From positions 2,428 to 66,427 of the forward strand of contig NZ_JASJPC010000018.1 of NCBI RefSeq assembly GCF_031426875.1: a DNA stretch of 64,000 bases. Direction: 5' to 3'. A program made the position numbers and the translations under genes. Shown in pieces: positions 18,991-29,994 of this stretch (positions are counted from its first letter, which is position 1; each line of letters begins with the position of its first letter). Under the pieces are notes generated by a model that did no database searches, was not told where the DNA came from, and saw nothing but the letters and a program-made list of their open reading frames with translations. Source of the stretch: Sulfuritalea sp. (lineage in GTDB: Bacteria > Pseudomonadota > Gammaproteobacteria > Burkholderiales > Rhodocyclaceae).

Positions 18991-19587
18991 ATGAGAATTC
19001 CCGCCGCCTTGATCCGCCTGCTGCTGGCCGCCGTGCTGCTCGCCGCCCTGGGCGCGGCCGCGGCGAGCCGTTTCAATGGCGTGGACATCGGCCATACGCG
19101 GAGTTACGCGCAGGACTTCCGCCTCACCGACCACGACGGGCGCCCACGCCGCCTGGCGGATTTTCGCGGCAAGGCCGTGGTGCTGTTCTTCGGCTACCTG
19201 CAATGCCCCAACTATTGCCCCCTGACGCTGCAGCGCATGGCGCAAACCATGCGCTTGCTGGGCGCGGATGCCACAAGGGTGCAGGTGCTGTTCGTCACCC
19301 TCGACCCGCAGCGCGATGTTCCGGCGGCGCTCAGGGAATACGTCACGGCTTTTGATCCGGCTTTCCTCGGTCTCTACGACACGCCCGCGGCCACTCCCGA
19401 GCTGGCGCTCGGCTTCCGCATCTATTACCGCAAGGTGGCAGGCGCCACGGCGAACAGCTATTACATCGACCATGCCGTGTTCAGCTATGCCTACGACCCG
19501 GGCGGCAGGCTGCGCCTGCTGCTGCGGGACACGCTCTCCGCCGCGGAGATCGCGGCCGACCTGCGCCGCCTGTTGCGGGAACCCTGA
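18991..19587 (+). CDS. SCO family copper chaperone
   Basis: FFGYLQCPNYCP (CxxxC), FVTLDPQRD, YYIDH. Confidence 0.9.
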   Translation: MRIPAALIRLLLAAVLLAALGAAAASRFNGVDIGHTRSYAQDFRLTDHDGRPRRLADFRGKAVVLFFGYLQCPNYCPLTLQRMAQTMRLLGADATRVQVLFVTLDPQRDVPAALREYVTAFDPAFLGLYDTPAATPELALGFRIYYRKVAGATANSYYIDHAVFSYAYDPGGRLRLLLRDTLSAAEIAADLRRLLREP

Positions 19588-19603
19588 GCGCGCCGGCGCC
19601 CGG

Positions 19604-19819
19604 CTACTTGTATTTGCCGAAAACGGTCTTTGCGTCCTGATGCGCGCGATCCAGGTTGCGCATCGATGGATCGTCGTCGTGCCCGACGAAGAAGTCGTCC
19701 GCCTGGGCGCGCATCACCATGCCGATCGCGGCTTCGTCGGCGACGGCATATTTCTCGGTGATCAGCGTGGTGACCTCGTCGAGGTATTCCTCGTAAGTCA
19801 TGTTCGTACTGCCGCTCAT
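19604..19819 (-). CDS. Small acidic hypothetical protein (71 aa)
   Basis: MTYEEYLDEVTTLITEKY...; ATGA overlap with upstream gene. Confidence 0.7.
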   Translation of the reverse strand: MSGSTNMTYEEYLDEVTTLITEKYAVADEAAIGMVMRAQADDFFVGHDDDPSMRNLDRAHQDAKTVFGKYK

Positions 19820-20175
19820 CGGGTGTTTCTTTCGCGCACGATCGGCGGCACATATTTGACCGAAAAGCGCCAGCCCTCCGGCGTATCGCGCAGCAACAGG
19901 GTCTTCGAGCTGGCACCGGGCTCGAAGACGGGTTCCGATCCCGGCAGTTCCACGGCGCCGATGCCCTTGATCACGCATGCGCCCGGGATCACCGTGAACA
20001 CCGATTCGGCCGCGACAATGGCGAAATGGCCTTCCTTCGATTCCGAACAGGTCAGCCCCCGCGGCACCGAATGCGGATCCTGACGCCAGGCATCGCGCAT
20101 GGCGTCGAGACCCCTGACCAAATCCGCCGTGACGGTGATCGCGAGAACCACTTCGCGAGACTTTGCATGACTCAT
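19816..20175 (-). CDS. Hypothetical protein (119 aa)
   Basis: RBS GAAGGA; typical codon usage; coupled to downstream ORF. Confidence 0.65.
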   Translation of the reverse strand: MSHAKSREVVLAITVTADLVRGLDAMRDAWRQDPHSVPRGLTCSESKEGHFAIVAAESVFTVIPGACVIKGIGAVELPGSEPVFEPGASSKTLLLRDTPEGWRFSVKYVPPIVRERNTR

Positions 20176-20196
20176 TGCGTGTTCCTTCTGGTGTCG

Positions 20197-20306
20197 GTAG
20201 GGCGGACTGTAGGGCGGATGTAGGGCGGATGTAGGGCGGATGTAGGGCGGATGTAGGGCGGACTTCAGTCCGCCATCGTATTCTGGCCGACTGAAGTCGG
20301 CCCTAC
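20197..20306. repeat. REP-B doublet preceded by five tandem 5' half-REP units
   Basis: GTAGGGCGGACT, 4x GTAGGGCGGAT, full REP 20253-20274, inverted REP 20285-20306. Confidence 0.88.
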
Positions 20307-20375
20307 AAGGGCATCCACCGCCTCGCCCGGCCGAAGCCGGCCCAAACTTGGCCGCAGCAATTGCGAAGCGGCGCG

Positions 20376-20831
20376 CTAAGTGACCAGATATTCGACCAGA
20401 ACACCCGAGGTCCGCCGCAGCCGGCGCGATAGCAGCCGTGCCAGGTAGAACATGAAGCGATAGGCGAGATAGGGGTGTTCCGTCGTCATCCGCTCGAGAC
20501 CTTCATGACTGAGGGTCAGCAGTTCGCAATCCGATTCCGCCACGCAGGTAGCCGAGCGCCGCTCCCGGTCGAGCAAGGCCATCTCGCCGATGATGCGGCC
20601 CTCTCTTTCGTAACAGAGCAGGCGGCCGGCATCGTCGCCACCCTTGCTGATGGCAATGCGCCCGCGCACGAGGATGAGCATGTAGCTGCCGGGATCGCCT
20701 TCATGAAAAATGACCTCGCCCTTGCTCGACCTCATGGACATCAAATGGGGGCTGATGGTTTCCAGTTCCCGATAGGAGAATTCCTTGAAGAACTCCAGGC
20801 CATCGAGCAGGTCGGCAATCCTGTTGGTCAT
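20376..20831 (-). CDS. Stand-alone cyclic-nucleotide-binding domain protein
   Basis: IFHEGDPG..M.ILV.G, IIGEMALLD..RRSAT. Confidence 0.88.
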   Translation of the reverse strand: MTNRIADLLDGLEFFKEFSYRELETISPHLMSMRSSKGEVIFHEGDPGSYMLILVRGRIAISKGGDDAGRLLCYEREGRIIGEMALLDRERRSATCVAESDCELLTLSHEGLERMTTEHPYLAYRFMFYLARLLSRRLRRTSGVLVEYLVT

Positions 20832-20893
20832 GATCGGCTAGCCTCGTTCAGGTGACGATGCCGGTATTGTACTTGGGACCGATCGGCGACTCG

Positions 20894-21136
20894 TTATCCC
20901 GCGGCCAGCAATCGTTCGGCATTCAGCCTGGCCTTGACGCGCGCCTGCTGTTCCGCCCGGTTGATGGTGGTGACGGTCTTGCCGAATTCATCGCGCTGGC
21001 TGCTGCTTTTCTTGGTGGCCTCGATCGACTTGATGCAGCGCCACCTCTTGCCGCCCTTGGTTTCGATCTGGCGCATTTCGGCACGGGGATGATGCCGGGT
21101 GCAGTGATAGCAGTAAATGGTCTCGGTAGAGGGCAT
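20894..21136 (-). CDS. Hypothetical protein with CxxC/His motif (80 aa)
   Basis: YCYHCTRHHP...WRCIKS; basic; plausible start. Confidence 0.65.
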   Translation of the reverse strand: MPSTETIYCYHCTRHHPRAEMRQIETKGGKRWRCIKSIEATKKSSSQRDEFGKTVTTINRAEQQARVKARLNAERLLAAG

Positions 21137-21216
21137 GGCAGAGTCTCGAATGTGAAGGTTTGAAAAAGTGACAATGTCGGGATATTGGCTAGCGCATAGA
21201 GGCCGTCGAATCGCGG

Positions 21217-21933
21217 TCAGCCGTGGCCATCGGGCGGCTTGCGCAGGATGTCGACGCGCAGCGGGTTGCGGAAATCGGCGCCGGTGGCCGTCAGATGCGT
21301 CTCGAATTTTCTGCGGACGGCAGCGTGCAGTTCCGGCGCGAGCCGGTGGTCGGTATGGGTGACCCGGATGACCCGTTCCTCGAACTGCGCGAAGCTGTCG
21401 AAGTGGCCCGGGGTGGCGAAGAAGCGCTGCCCGACGAGCATCAAGCGAGCGTCGTCGACGGCCCGGCGGACGGCGCCAAAGGCGGCTTCGCGAACCTCCT
21501 TCTCGTCGTGGAACAGGCGCAGGATTTCGTTGAATTCTCCGGCATACACCGGCTCGGAAATCCAGGCCAGGCCGCCCGGCTTCAGAACTCTGCGAATCTC
21601 GCTGAGCGCGCGATCCATCTTGCTGGTCGGCACATGGTGCAGCGACTTGAACATCATGACGATGTCGAACGAGCAATCTGCCGCCGGAATCTCCTCCGCG
21701 GCCCCCTGGCGAAAACTGACGTTCGGCAGGTCGGTAATGCGCAAGTTCAGGGCATGCTGTATCGCATCCACTTCCAGTGCCACGATGGCGGCGACCTTCT
21801 GCGCAATGGCGCGGGTCTTCTCGGCCTTGCCGCAACCGAGTTCAAGCACTTGCGCATGCTCCAGCGGCAGTTCGGCGGCGATCAGTTCGTACTCGTCGCA
21901 AAGCAGCTCGGCACTGGGGTCGGAAATTTTCAT
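21217..21933 (-). CDS. Class I SAM-dependent methyltransferase
   Basis: VLELGCG, ALEVD, FDIV.MFKSLHH, RVLKPGG. Confidence 0.88.
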   Translation of the reverse strand: MKISDPSAELLCDEYELIAAELPLEHAQVLELGCGKAEKTRAIAQKVAAIVALEVDAIQHALNLRITDLPNVSFRQGAAEEIPAADCSFDIVMMFKSLHHVPTSKMDRALSEIRRVLKPGGLAWISEPVYAGEFNEILRLFHDEKEVREAAFGAVRRAVDDARLMLVGQRFFATPGHFDSFAQFEERVIRVTHTDHRLAPELHAAVRRKFETHLTATGADFRNPLRVDILRKPPDGHG

Positions 21934-22013
21934 GGTTGAGCGTGTCAGGAAAAAGTTGGGAGAGCTTGGATAAGGGTTTGATGGAGGATGCTTCGGCGCA
22001 AACGCGCAGGAAA

Positions 22014-22036
22014 GAGTTGGCGCTGGCGCCACGGCG
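22014..22036 (+). repeat. 23-bp motif copy, intergenic
   Basis: GAGTTGGCGCTGGCGCCACGGCG. Confidence 0.8.
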
Positions 22037-22063
22037 GTCCTGCAACGATGCAGGCTTCGAACG

Positions 22064-22402
22064 CTAAGCCTTCTTCACGAACTCCGATTTCAGCTGCATC
22101 GCGCCGATGCCGTCGATCTTGCAGTCGATGTCGTGATCGCCTTCGACCAAGCGGATGTTCTTGACCTTGGTGCCGACCTTGACCACCGACGACGAGCCCT
22201 TGATCTTGAGATCCTTGATCACGGTCACGGTGTCGCCGTCCTGCAGCACGTTGCCGTTGGAGTCCTTGACGACGCGCTTCTCGTCGCCGCCGGCCGCAGC
22301 CAGCTTGGGCCATTCGTGGGCGCATTCCGGGCAGACGTAGTTCTCGCCGTCTTCGTAGGTGAATTCCGAACTGCATTGCGGACATTGGGGCAGGGTGCTC
22401 AT
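22064..22402 (-). CDS. Zinc-ribbon protein, YjdM/PhnA family
   Basis: [39 protein letters not shown]. Confidence 0.92.
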   Translation of the reverse strand: MSTLPQCPQCSSEFTYEDGENYVCPECAHEWPKLAAAGGDEKRVVKDSNGNVLQDGDTVTVIKDLKIKGSSSVVKVGTKVKNIRLVEGDHDIDCKIDGIGAMQLKSEFVKKA

Positions 22403-22440
22403 GGCTTGCTTCCTCTCTTCGCGAGCGTATCTCAGTAAAG

Positions 22441-22467
22441 CAAAAAGCCAACCCCGAGGGATTGGCT
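22441..22467 (-). terminator. Intrinsic terminator after tRNA-Asn
   Basis: Minus strand AGCCAATCCC-TC-GGGGTTGGCT followed by TTTTG. Confidence 0.75.
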
Positions 22468-22482
22468 AAGTGCTTGTATTTA

Positions 22483-22558
22483 TGGCTCCTCGACCTGGGC
22501 TCGAACCAGGGACCTACGGATTAACAGTCCGGCGCTCTACCAACTGAGCTATCGAGGA
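22483..22558 (-). tRNA. tRNA-Asn (GTT)
   Basis: TCCTCGATAGCTCAGTTGGTAGAGCGCCGGACTGTTAATCCGTAGGTCCCTGGTTCGAGCCCAGGTCGAGGAGCCA, 76 nt, cloverleaf, CCA end. Confidence 0.97.
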
Positions 22559-22575
22559 ACATTCAAGAGGCGCGG

Positions 22576-22604
22576 ATTATAGCCGCGCCCGTTTTTGCTC
22601 GCAA
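22576..22604 (-). promoter_or_regulatory. Sigma70 promoter of tRNA-Asn
   Basis: TTGCGA-17 nt-TATAAT followed by GC-rich discriminator. Confidence 0.75.
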
Positions 22605-22612
22605 TAGCTTTG

Positions 22613-23815
22613 TTACTTCTTCAGCACCGTGGCGATGGCCTTGGCGACGTAGTCGATGTTGCGCGTGTTGAGCGCGGCGACGCAGATGCGGCCGGTGCTG
22701 ACGGCGTAGATGCCGAATTCGGCGCGCAGCCTTTCGACCTGTTCGGCGGTCAGTCCGGTGTAGCTGAACATGCCGCGCTGCACCTTGATGAACTCGAAAC
22801 CGGTGGCGCCGGCCGCGCTGAGCTTGTCCACTAGACTGTTGCGCATGGTACGGATGCGCTCGCGCATGCCGGCCAGCTCGTCTTCCCATTGCTGGCGCAG
22901 TTCCGGGCTGGAGAGCACGGCAGCGACGACGGCGCCGCCATGGGTCGGCGGGTTGGAATAGTTGGTGCGGATCACGCGCTTGACCTGCGAGAGTACGCGC
23001 GCCGATTCGTCCTTGCCGGCGGTGACGATGGTCAGCGCGCCGACGCGCTCGCCGTAGAGCGAGAAGGACTTGCTGAAGCTGCTGGAAACCACGAACTGCA
23101 GGCCGGAGGCGGCGAACAGGTCGAGCGCGATGGCGTCGGGCTTGATGCCGTCGGCGAAGCCCTGATAAGCCATGTCGATGAAGGCGACCAGATCGCGCGC
23201 CTTGACTGCTTCGACCACTTCGGCCCACTGCGAGGCGCTCAGATCGGCGCCTGTGGGGTTGTGGCAGCAGGCGTGCAGCACGACGACGGACTTGGCCGGC
23301 ATCGCCGCCAGCGCGGCCTTCATGCCGGCAAAATCGACGCCGCGCGTGGCCGCGTCGTAGTAGGCGTAGTTTTCGACCGTGAAGCCGGCGGATTCGAACA
23401 GCGCGCGGTGGTTTTCCCAGCTCGGGTCGCTGATATAGACCTTGGCGTCGGGCAGCAGGCGCTTCAGGTAGTCGGCGCCGACCTTCAGCGCGCCGGTACC
23501 GCCGAGGCATTCGCAGGTGATGGCGCGGCCGGCGGCGAGCAGTGCGGAATCCTTGCCGAAGAGCAGGCCCTGCACCGCGTTGTTGTAAGCGGGAATGCCC
23601 TCGATCGGCTGGTAGCCGCGTGCCGGCTGGGTTTCCAGGCGGGCCTTCTCGGCGGTCTTGACCGCGGCCAGCAGCGGGATCTTGCCGTCGTCGCCGAAAT
23701 AGACGCCGACGCCGAGGTTCACCTTGTTCGGGTTGGTGTCGGCATTGAAGGCTTCGTTGAGGCCCAGGATGGGGTCGCGGGGGGCCATTTCGACGGCGGC
23801 GAAGATAGAACTCAT
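22613..23815 (-). CDS. tyrB: Aromatic amino acid/aspartate aminotransferase
   Basis: APRDPILGL, NLGVGVY, HACCHNPTG, DMAYQGF, SKSFSLYGERVG. Confidence 0.88.
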   Translation of the reverse strand: MSSIFAAVEMAPRDPILGLNEAFNADTNPNKVNLGVGVYFGDDGKIPLLAAVKTAEKARLETQPARGYQPIEGIPAYNNAVQGLLFGKDSALLAAGRAITCECLGGTGALKVGADYLKRLLPDAKVYISDPSWENHRALFESAGFTVENYAYYDAATRGVDFAGMKAALAAMPAKSVVVLHACCHNPTGADLSASQWAEVVEAVKARDLVAFIDMAYQGFADGIKPDAIALDLFAASGLQFVVSSSFSKSFSLYGERVGALTIVTAGKDESARVLSQVKRVIRTNYSNPPTHGGAVVAAVLSSPELRQQWEDELAGMRERIRTMRNSLVDKLSAAGATGFEFIKVQRGMFSYTGLTAEQVERLRAEFGIYAVSTGRICVAALNTRNIDYVAKAIATVLKK

Positions 23816-23842
23816 GAATGCTCCGGATGCGGGAAAATTGGA

Positions 23843-23865
23843 AAGTTGGCGCTGGCGCTACGGCG
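23843..23865 (+). repeat. 23-bp motif copy, tyrB/uvrB divergent intergenic
   Basis: AAGTTGGCGCTGGCGCTACGGCG. Confidence 0.8.
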
Positions 23866-23961
23866 AATTTCTGCTGCCGTGCGAAGCGCGCAATAATACC
23901 CGATCGGCGCAGCGCTTTCGATCAGGTTTTTCCCGGGTTTCCATAAGTAAATAAACAGGTT

Positions 23962-26033
<2,072 letters not shown>

Positions 26034-26034
<1 letters not shown>

Positions 26035-26504
26035 TGCTGCACAAGATACTGTTCGTCTGCACCGGCAATATCTGTCGTTCGCCGACCGCGGAAGGCGTGG
26101 CGCGCGGCCTGGCGGTAGAACAGGGTGTGGCGCAGCTGTTCGAATTCGATTCGGCCGGCACCCATGGCTACCATGTCGGCGAGCCGCCCGATCCGCGCAG
26201 CATCGCCGCGGCGCGGCGTCGCGGCTACGATCTGGCGTCTCTGCGCGCACGCCGTGTGACGGAGTTCGATTTCATTCGCTTCGACCGCGTGCTGGCAATG
26301 GGCCCCGACCATCTGGCAGCGTTGCTGCGCGCCTGTCCGCCGCAGCACCGGAACAAGCTGGGACTGATGCTCGATTTCAGCGAACGCTTCGACCTGACCG
26401 AGGTGCCCGATCCCTACTACGGCGGCGCCGAGGGCTTCGAGCATGTGCTCGACCTGGTGGAGGATGCGGCAAGCCAATTGATCCGCCAGTTCGCCGCCAG
26501 GTGA
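26034..26504 (+). CDS. Low-molecular-weight protein-tyrosine phosphatase
   Basis: VCTGNICRSPTAE, DPYYG; TGATG coupling to uvrB. Confidence 0.92.
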
Positions 26505-26510
26505 ACGCAA

Positions 26511-26536
26511 CAACGGGCGCCCGAGGGCGCCCGTTG
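26511..26536. terminator. Hairpin between convergent genes (probable terminator)
   Basis: CAACGGGCGCCC-GA-GGGCGCCCGTTG perfect inverted repeat; weak U-tract. Confidence 0.5.
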
Positions 26537-26546
26537 AACAGGCCTT

Positions 26547-26675
26547 GTAGGGCCGACTTCAGTCGGCCAGGGGCGGATGGCGTTGTAGGGCCGACTTCAG
26601 TCGGCCAGCGGTGGATGGCGGTGTAGGGCCGGTTTCAACCGGCCAGGGTGGATGGCGGACTGAAGTCCGCCCTAC
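26547..26675. repeat. BIME-like REP-B cluster: three direct REPs at 38-bp period plus one inverted REP
   Basis: GTAGGGCC(G)..CTTCAG..GGCC at 26547, 26585, 26623; inverted GGCGGACTGAAGTCCGCCCTAC 26654-26675. Confidence 0.85.
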
Positions 26676-26722
26676 AGCCCGCCCGGTCCGCCCTCCAGCC
26701 CACACCCCACCTTGAAAACGCC

Positions 26723-29518
26723 TCAGTCGTGCTTGGTTTCCACCAGTTGCAGCGGCTCGTTGGGGATCACCGGCGCCGCCTTCGGCTTGCGGCCAAGAGG
26801 CTGTGTCGGGGCGAAGGTGTTCGCGACCGGTGCCGCATGGCTGGTTTCGATCATCACCAGGCCGACCTGCTGCAGGGATTCCTTGACATCGACCGGGGCG
26901 GGCTGCGGTGCCGGCGGCACGATGATCGGATCGGCAGCCGCCACGGGCTCAGGGGCCGCCGCGGCTTGCGGTGCGGCTTCCACGATGGGCTGCGGCGCTG
27001 GCGCCACAGGTGCCGGCGCGGTGACAGGTGCCACCGGTGCGACAGGCTCCGCCACGACGGCAGCCACCGACATCTCGACTTCAGGCGCGGCAGGCGCCGC
27101 GGCTTCGGCCGGGACTTCGGCTGCAACAACTGGCGTCGCGACCTGCTCCTGGACTGCTGTGGGGACCGCTTCGGCTATCGGAGCCCTTACCGGCTCGATT
27201 GCTGCCGCAGGCATAGCCACGGCGATGCCGGCTTCGTCGGTGACGGGCGCGGTGGCCTGAACGGCAACGAATCCTTCAGCTGCGGCTTCCGTCGTGCTGC
27301 CTTCCTCGCTGCGCCCACGGCCACGACCGCGGCCGCGACTGCGGCGTCCGCTGCGGGCTTCGCCTTCCTGGCCGGCGCCTTCGTTGCCGGGAGTTGGCGC
27401 TGGCGACACGCCATTCTGGGCGGCCTCGCCACGCGGCGGACGCGGTTCGCGCGGCTCGCGTGGCGGACGCGGTTCGCGGACTTCCTTCGGCTCCCGGGCT
27501 TCCCTGGGTTCGCGGGCCTCCTTGGGTTCCCTCGGCTCGCGTGGCTCACGCGGCTCGCGCGGTTTGCGGTTGCCCGTTTCGCCTTGGGTCTCGTCGCGCT
27601 TGCCTTGCGGGCGCGGAGTCTGCTCGCCGCGTTCCTTGCGCTCGCCGCCTTCGCGGTTGTCGCGACCGTCGCGACGACCATTGCGATCGCGGCCGCCACG
27701 GCCACCTTCGCGATTGCCATCGCGATTGCGGTCGCGCGAGCCTTCACGGCGCGGCGGCCGGTCGGCCTTGGCTTCGGCAGGTGCCGGTGCCGCGGGCGTC
27801 GCGCCGCCGGTGAAGAAGGACACCAGCTTGCTGAAGAAACCGGCTTCGCGGGCCGCCACGGGCTGGGCGACGGGCGCAACGGCCTTCGGCTCGACGATCG
27901 GCGCCGGCTGGTCGGGCGTGATGCCCTTGACCGCGGCTTCGATCTTGACCGGCTTGGCTTCGGCGTTGGCCGAGGGCGGCTGATAGGCTTCCTCGATCGG
28001 CTTTTCCGCCATCTGGTAGCTGGCGAGGACGACGCCCTCGGCATTCAGCTGATCGTGGCGCAGGCGGACGATTTCATGGGCCGGCGTCTCCAGGTGGCGG
28101 TTGGGCACGATCACCAGATTGACGCGGTGGCGCATCTCGATGCGCGAGATGTCGACGCGCTTTTCGTTGAGCAGGAAGGTGGCGACATCCACCGGGACCT
28201 GGCAATGCAGGGCGCCGGTGTTTTCCTTCATCGATTCCTCTTCGAGGATGCGCAGGATGTGCAGCGCGGCCGATTCGGTGCTGCGGATGTGGCCGGTGCC
28301 GGTGCAGCGCGGGCAGGTGATGTAGCTGGTTTCGGCAAGCGCCGGACGCAGGCGCTGGCGCGACAGTTCGAGCAGGCCGAAGCGGCTGATCTTGCCGGTC
28401 TGGACCCGGGCGCGGTCGAAGTGCAGGGCGTCGCGCAGGCGGTTCTCGACTTCACGCTGGTTCTTGGTCGATTCCATGTCGATGAAGTCGATCACGATCA
28501 GGCCGCCGAGGTCGCGCAGGCGCAACTGGCGGGCGATTTCGTCGGCGGCTTCGCAGTTGGTGCGCAGCGCCGTTTCCTCGATGTCGCTGCCTTTGGTGGC
28601 GCGGCCCGAGTTGACGTCGACCGAGACCAGGGCTTCGGTATGGTCGATGACGATGGCGCCGCCCGAAGGCAGCGTGACCTGGCGCGAGTAGGCCGATTCG
28701 ATCTGATGTTCGATCTGGAAGCGCGAGAACAGCGGCACGTCGTCGTGGTAGCGCTTGACGCGATTCACGGTGCCCGGCATCACGTGCGCCATGAACTGCT
28801 GCGCCTGTTCGAAGATGTCGTCGGTGTCGATCAGGATCTCGCCGATTTCGGAGTGGAAGTAGTCGCGGATGGCGCGGATCACCAGGCTGGATTCCTGGTA
28901 GATCAGGAAGGCGCCGCTCTGGGCCTTGGCCGCGCCGTCGATGGCGGTCCACAGTTGCAGCAGGTAGTTCAAGTCCCACTGCAGTTCTTCGAGGCTGCGG
29001 CCGATGCCGGCGGTGCGGGCGATCAGGCTGGTGCCGCTGGGAACCACGAGCTGGTCCATGATTTCGCGCAATTCCTGGCGGTCGTCGCCCTCGACACGGC
29101 GCGAAACGCCGCCGCCACGGGGATTGTTCGGCATCAGCACCAGGTAGCGGCCGGCCAGCGAGACATAGGTGGTCAGCGCCGCGCCCTTGTTGCCGCGCTC
29201 GTCCTTTTCGACCTGGACGATGAGTTCCTGGCCGTTGCTGAGCACGTCCTGGATGCGCGCCTTGCCGGCGTCGACGCCGGGCTTGAAATAGGTGCGGGAA
29301 ATTTCCTTGAACGGCAGGAAGCCGTGACGTTCGGCGCCATAGTCCACGAAGGCGGCTTCGAGGCTGGGCTCGATGCGCGTGATGACGGCCTTGTAGATGT
29401 TGCTCTTGCGCTGCTCTTTGTTGGCTGATTCGATGTCGAGGTCAATCAGCTTCTGACCATCGACGATCGCGACGCGGAGTTCCTCAGCCTGCGTCGCATT
29501 GAAAAGCATGCGTTTCAT
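26723..29518 (-). CDS. rne: Ribonuclease E
   Basis: [18 protein letters not shown]1 domain, DVNSG, DFIDM, CPRCTG Zn-link, disordered Arg/Pro-rich CTD. Confidence 0.97.
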   Translation of the reverse strand: MKRMLFNATQAEELRVAIVDGQKLIDLDIESANKEQRKSNIYKAVITRIEPSLEAAFVDYGAERHGFLPFKEISRTYFKPGVDAGKARIQDVLSNGQELIVQVEKDERGNKGAALTTYVSLAGRYLVLMPNNPRGGGVSRRVEGDDRQELREIMDQLVVPSGTSLIARTAGIGRSLEELQWDLNYLLQLWTAIDGAAKAQSGAFLIYQESSLVIRAIRDYFHSEIGEILIDTDDIFEQAQQFMAHVMPGTVNRVKRYHDDVPLFSRFQIEHQIESAYSRQVTLPSGGAIVIDHTEALVSVDVNSGRATKGSDIEETALRTNCEAADEIARQLRLRDLGGLIVIDFIDMESTKNQREVENRLRDALHFDRARVQTGKISRFGLLELSRQRLRPALAETSYITCPRCTGTGHIRSTESAALHILRILEEESMKENTGALHCQVPVDVATFLLNEKRVDISRIEMRHRVNLVIVPNRHLETPAHEIVRLRHDQLNAEGVVLASYQMAEKPIEEAYQPPSANAEAKPVKIEAAVKGITPDQPAPIVEPKAVAPVAQPVAAREAGFFSKLVSFFTGGATPAAPAPAEAKADRPPRREGSRDRNRDGNREGGRGGRDRNGRRDGRDNREGGERKERGEQTPRPQGKRDETQGETGNRKPREPREPREPREPKEAREPREAREPKEVREPRPPREPREPRPPRGEAAQNGVSPAPTPGNEGAGQEGEARSGRRSRGRGRGRGRSEEGSTTEAAAEGFVAVQATAPVTDEAGIAVAMPAAAIEPVRAPIAEAVPTAVQEQVATPVVAAEVPAEAAAPAAPEVEMSVAAVVAEPVAPVAPVTAPAPVAPAPQPIVEAAPQAAAAPEPVAAADPIIVPPAPQPAPVDVKESLQQVGLVMIETSHAAPVANTFAPTQPLGRKPKAAPVIPNEPLQLVETKHD
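27391..27413 (+). repeat. 23-bp motif copy inside rne (antisense)
   Basis: GAGTTGGCGCTGGCGACACGCCA. Confidence 0.8.
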
Positions 29519-29994
29519 GTGTGCTCCCGCGCGCATTCACTGCAGGAGGGCACGACAAGTCGCACACCGCGGGCGTCAGGATGCGGGCGGTGTGACTCGG
29601 GTTTGCGGTTGGTTTGGCAGTTTCATGGTGCCTAAGGTTTAGCGTGGCAAACGGGGTTGATGACTTGTCTTCGGTAAGGCGGGCGCTGACTAGCAGTCAG
29701 CGTCCGGCAATCTGTGCCCAAATCTGTGCGTGTGTAGCGCGCAATCTAGTAGTATCGCTCTTTCGGGCGAGCGAAACACCCTGAGGTCAGCTGGTCGCGT
29801 TACCGGTCGGAGTTGTGAGTTCCGGCGGTTGTTTCCTGTTGCTTTCGCGCCCTTGTCGCCGCTATGCACTTGATCGCTGACAAGCGACGCTGCACTGACG
29901 GCAACAACCCCCCGGGAGCCGTGCCACCGACGCCACTTCGGGCCGCCGGGCACACCGTCACGGGACGGCTAACCAAGCGAGCAGTATATTGCAA
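29519..29994. promoter_or_regulatory. rne/rluC divergent intergenic region, probable structured rne 5' leader
   Basis: ~475 bp with no credible ORF; hairpin GGGCGCTGACT-AGC-AGTCAGCGTCC at 29681-29705. Confidence 0.5.

Noticed and set aside
20197-20274. Possible CRISPR or mini-satellite of other origin
   Set aside because: Units are 11-12 bp fragments of the adjacent REP, with no spacers.
22483-22558. tRNA-Asn as an integration site for a genomic island
   Set aside because: No integrase and no duplicated tRNA 3' end found in the window; a normal terminator follows.
23900-23961. LexA box upstream of uvrB
   Set aside because: Only a half-site (ACAG) is present; no CTG-N10-CAG match.
26547-26675. 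Possible CRISPR array (repeats at a 38-bp period)
   Set aside because: Repeats are GTAG-type REP hairpins, the linkers are only ~16 nt and resemble each other, the last unit is inverted, and no cas genes are present.
27420-27580. 9-bp tandem-like repeats encoding (PRE)n in rne
   Set aside because: Low-complexity Arg/Glu/Pro tract is normal for the disordered RNase E C-terminal domain.
26648-29428. Very long antisense ORFs (e.g. 926 aa opposite rne, 1140 aa opposite the acyl-CoA ligase/acylase, 1010 aa opposite the FAAL fusion)
   Set aside because: Shadow ORFs expected from high GC3; no recognisable domains or independent expression signals.
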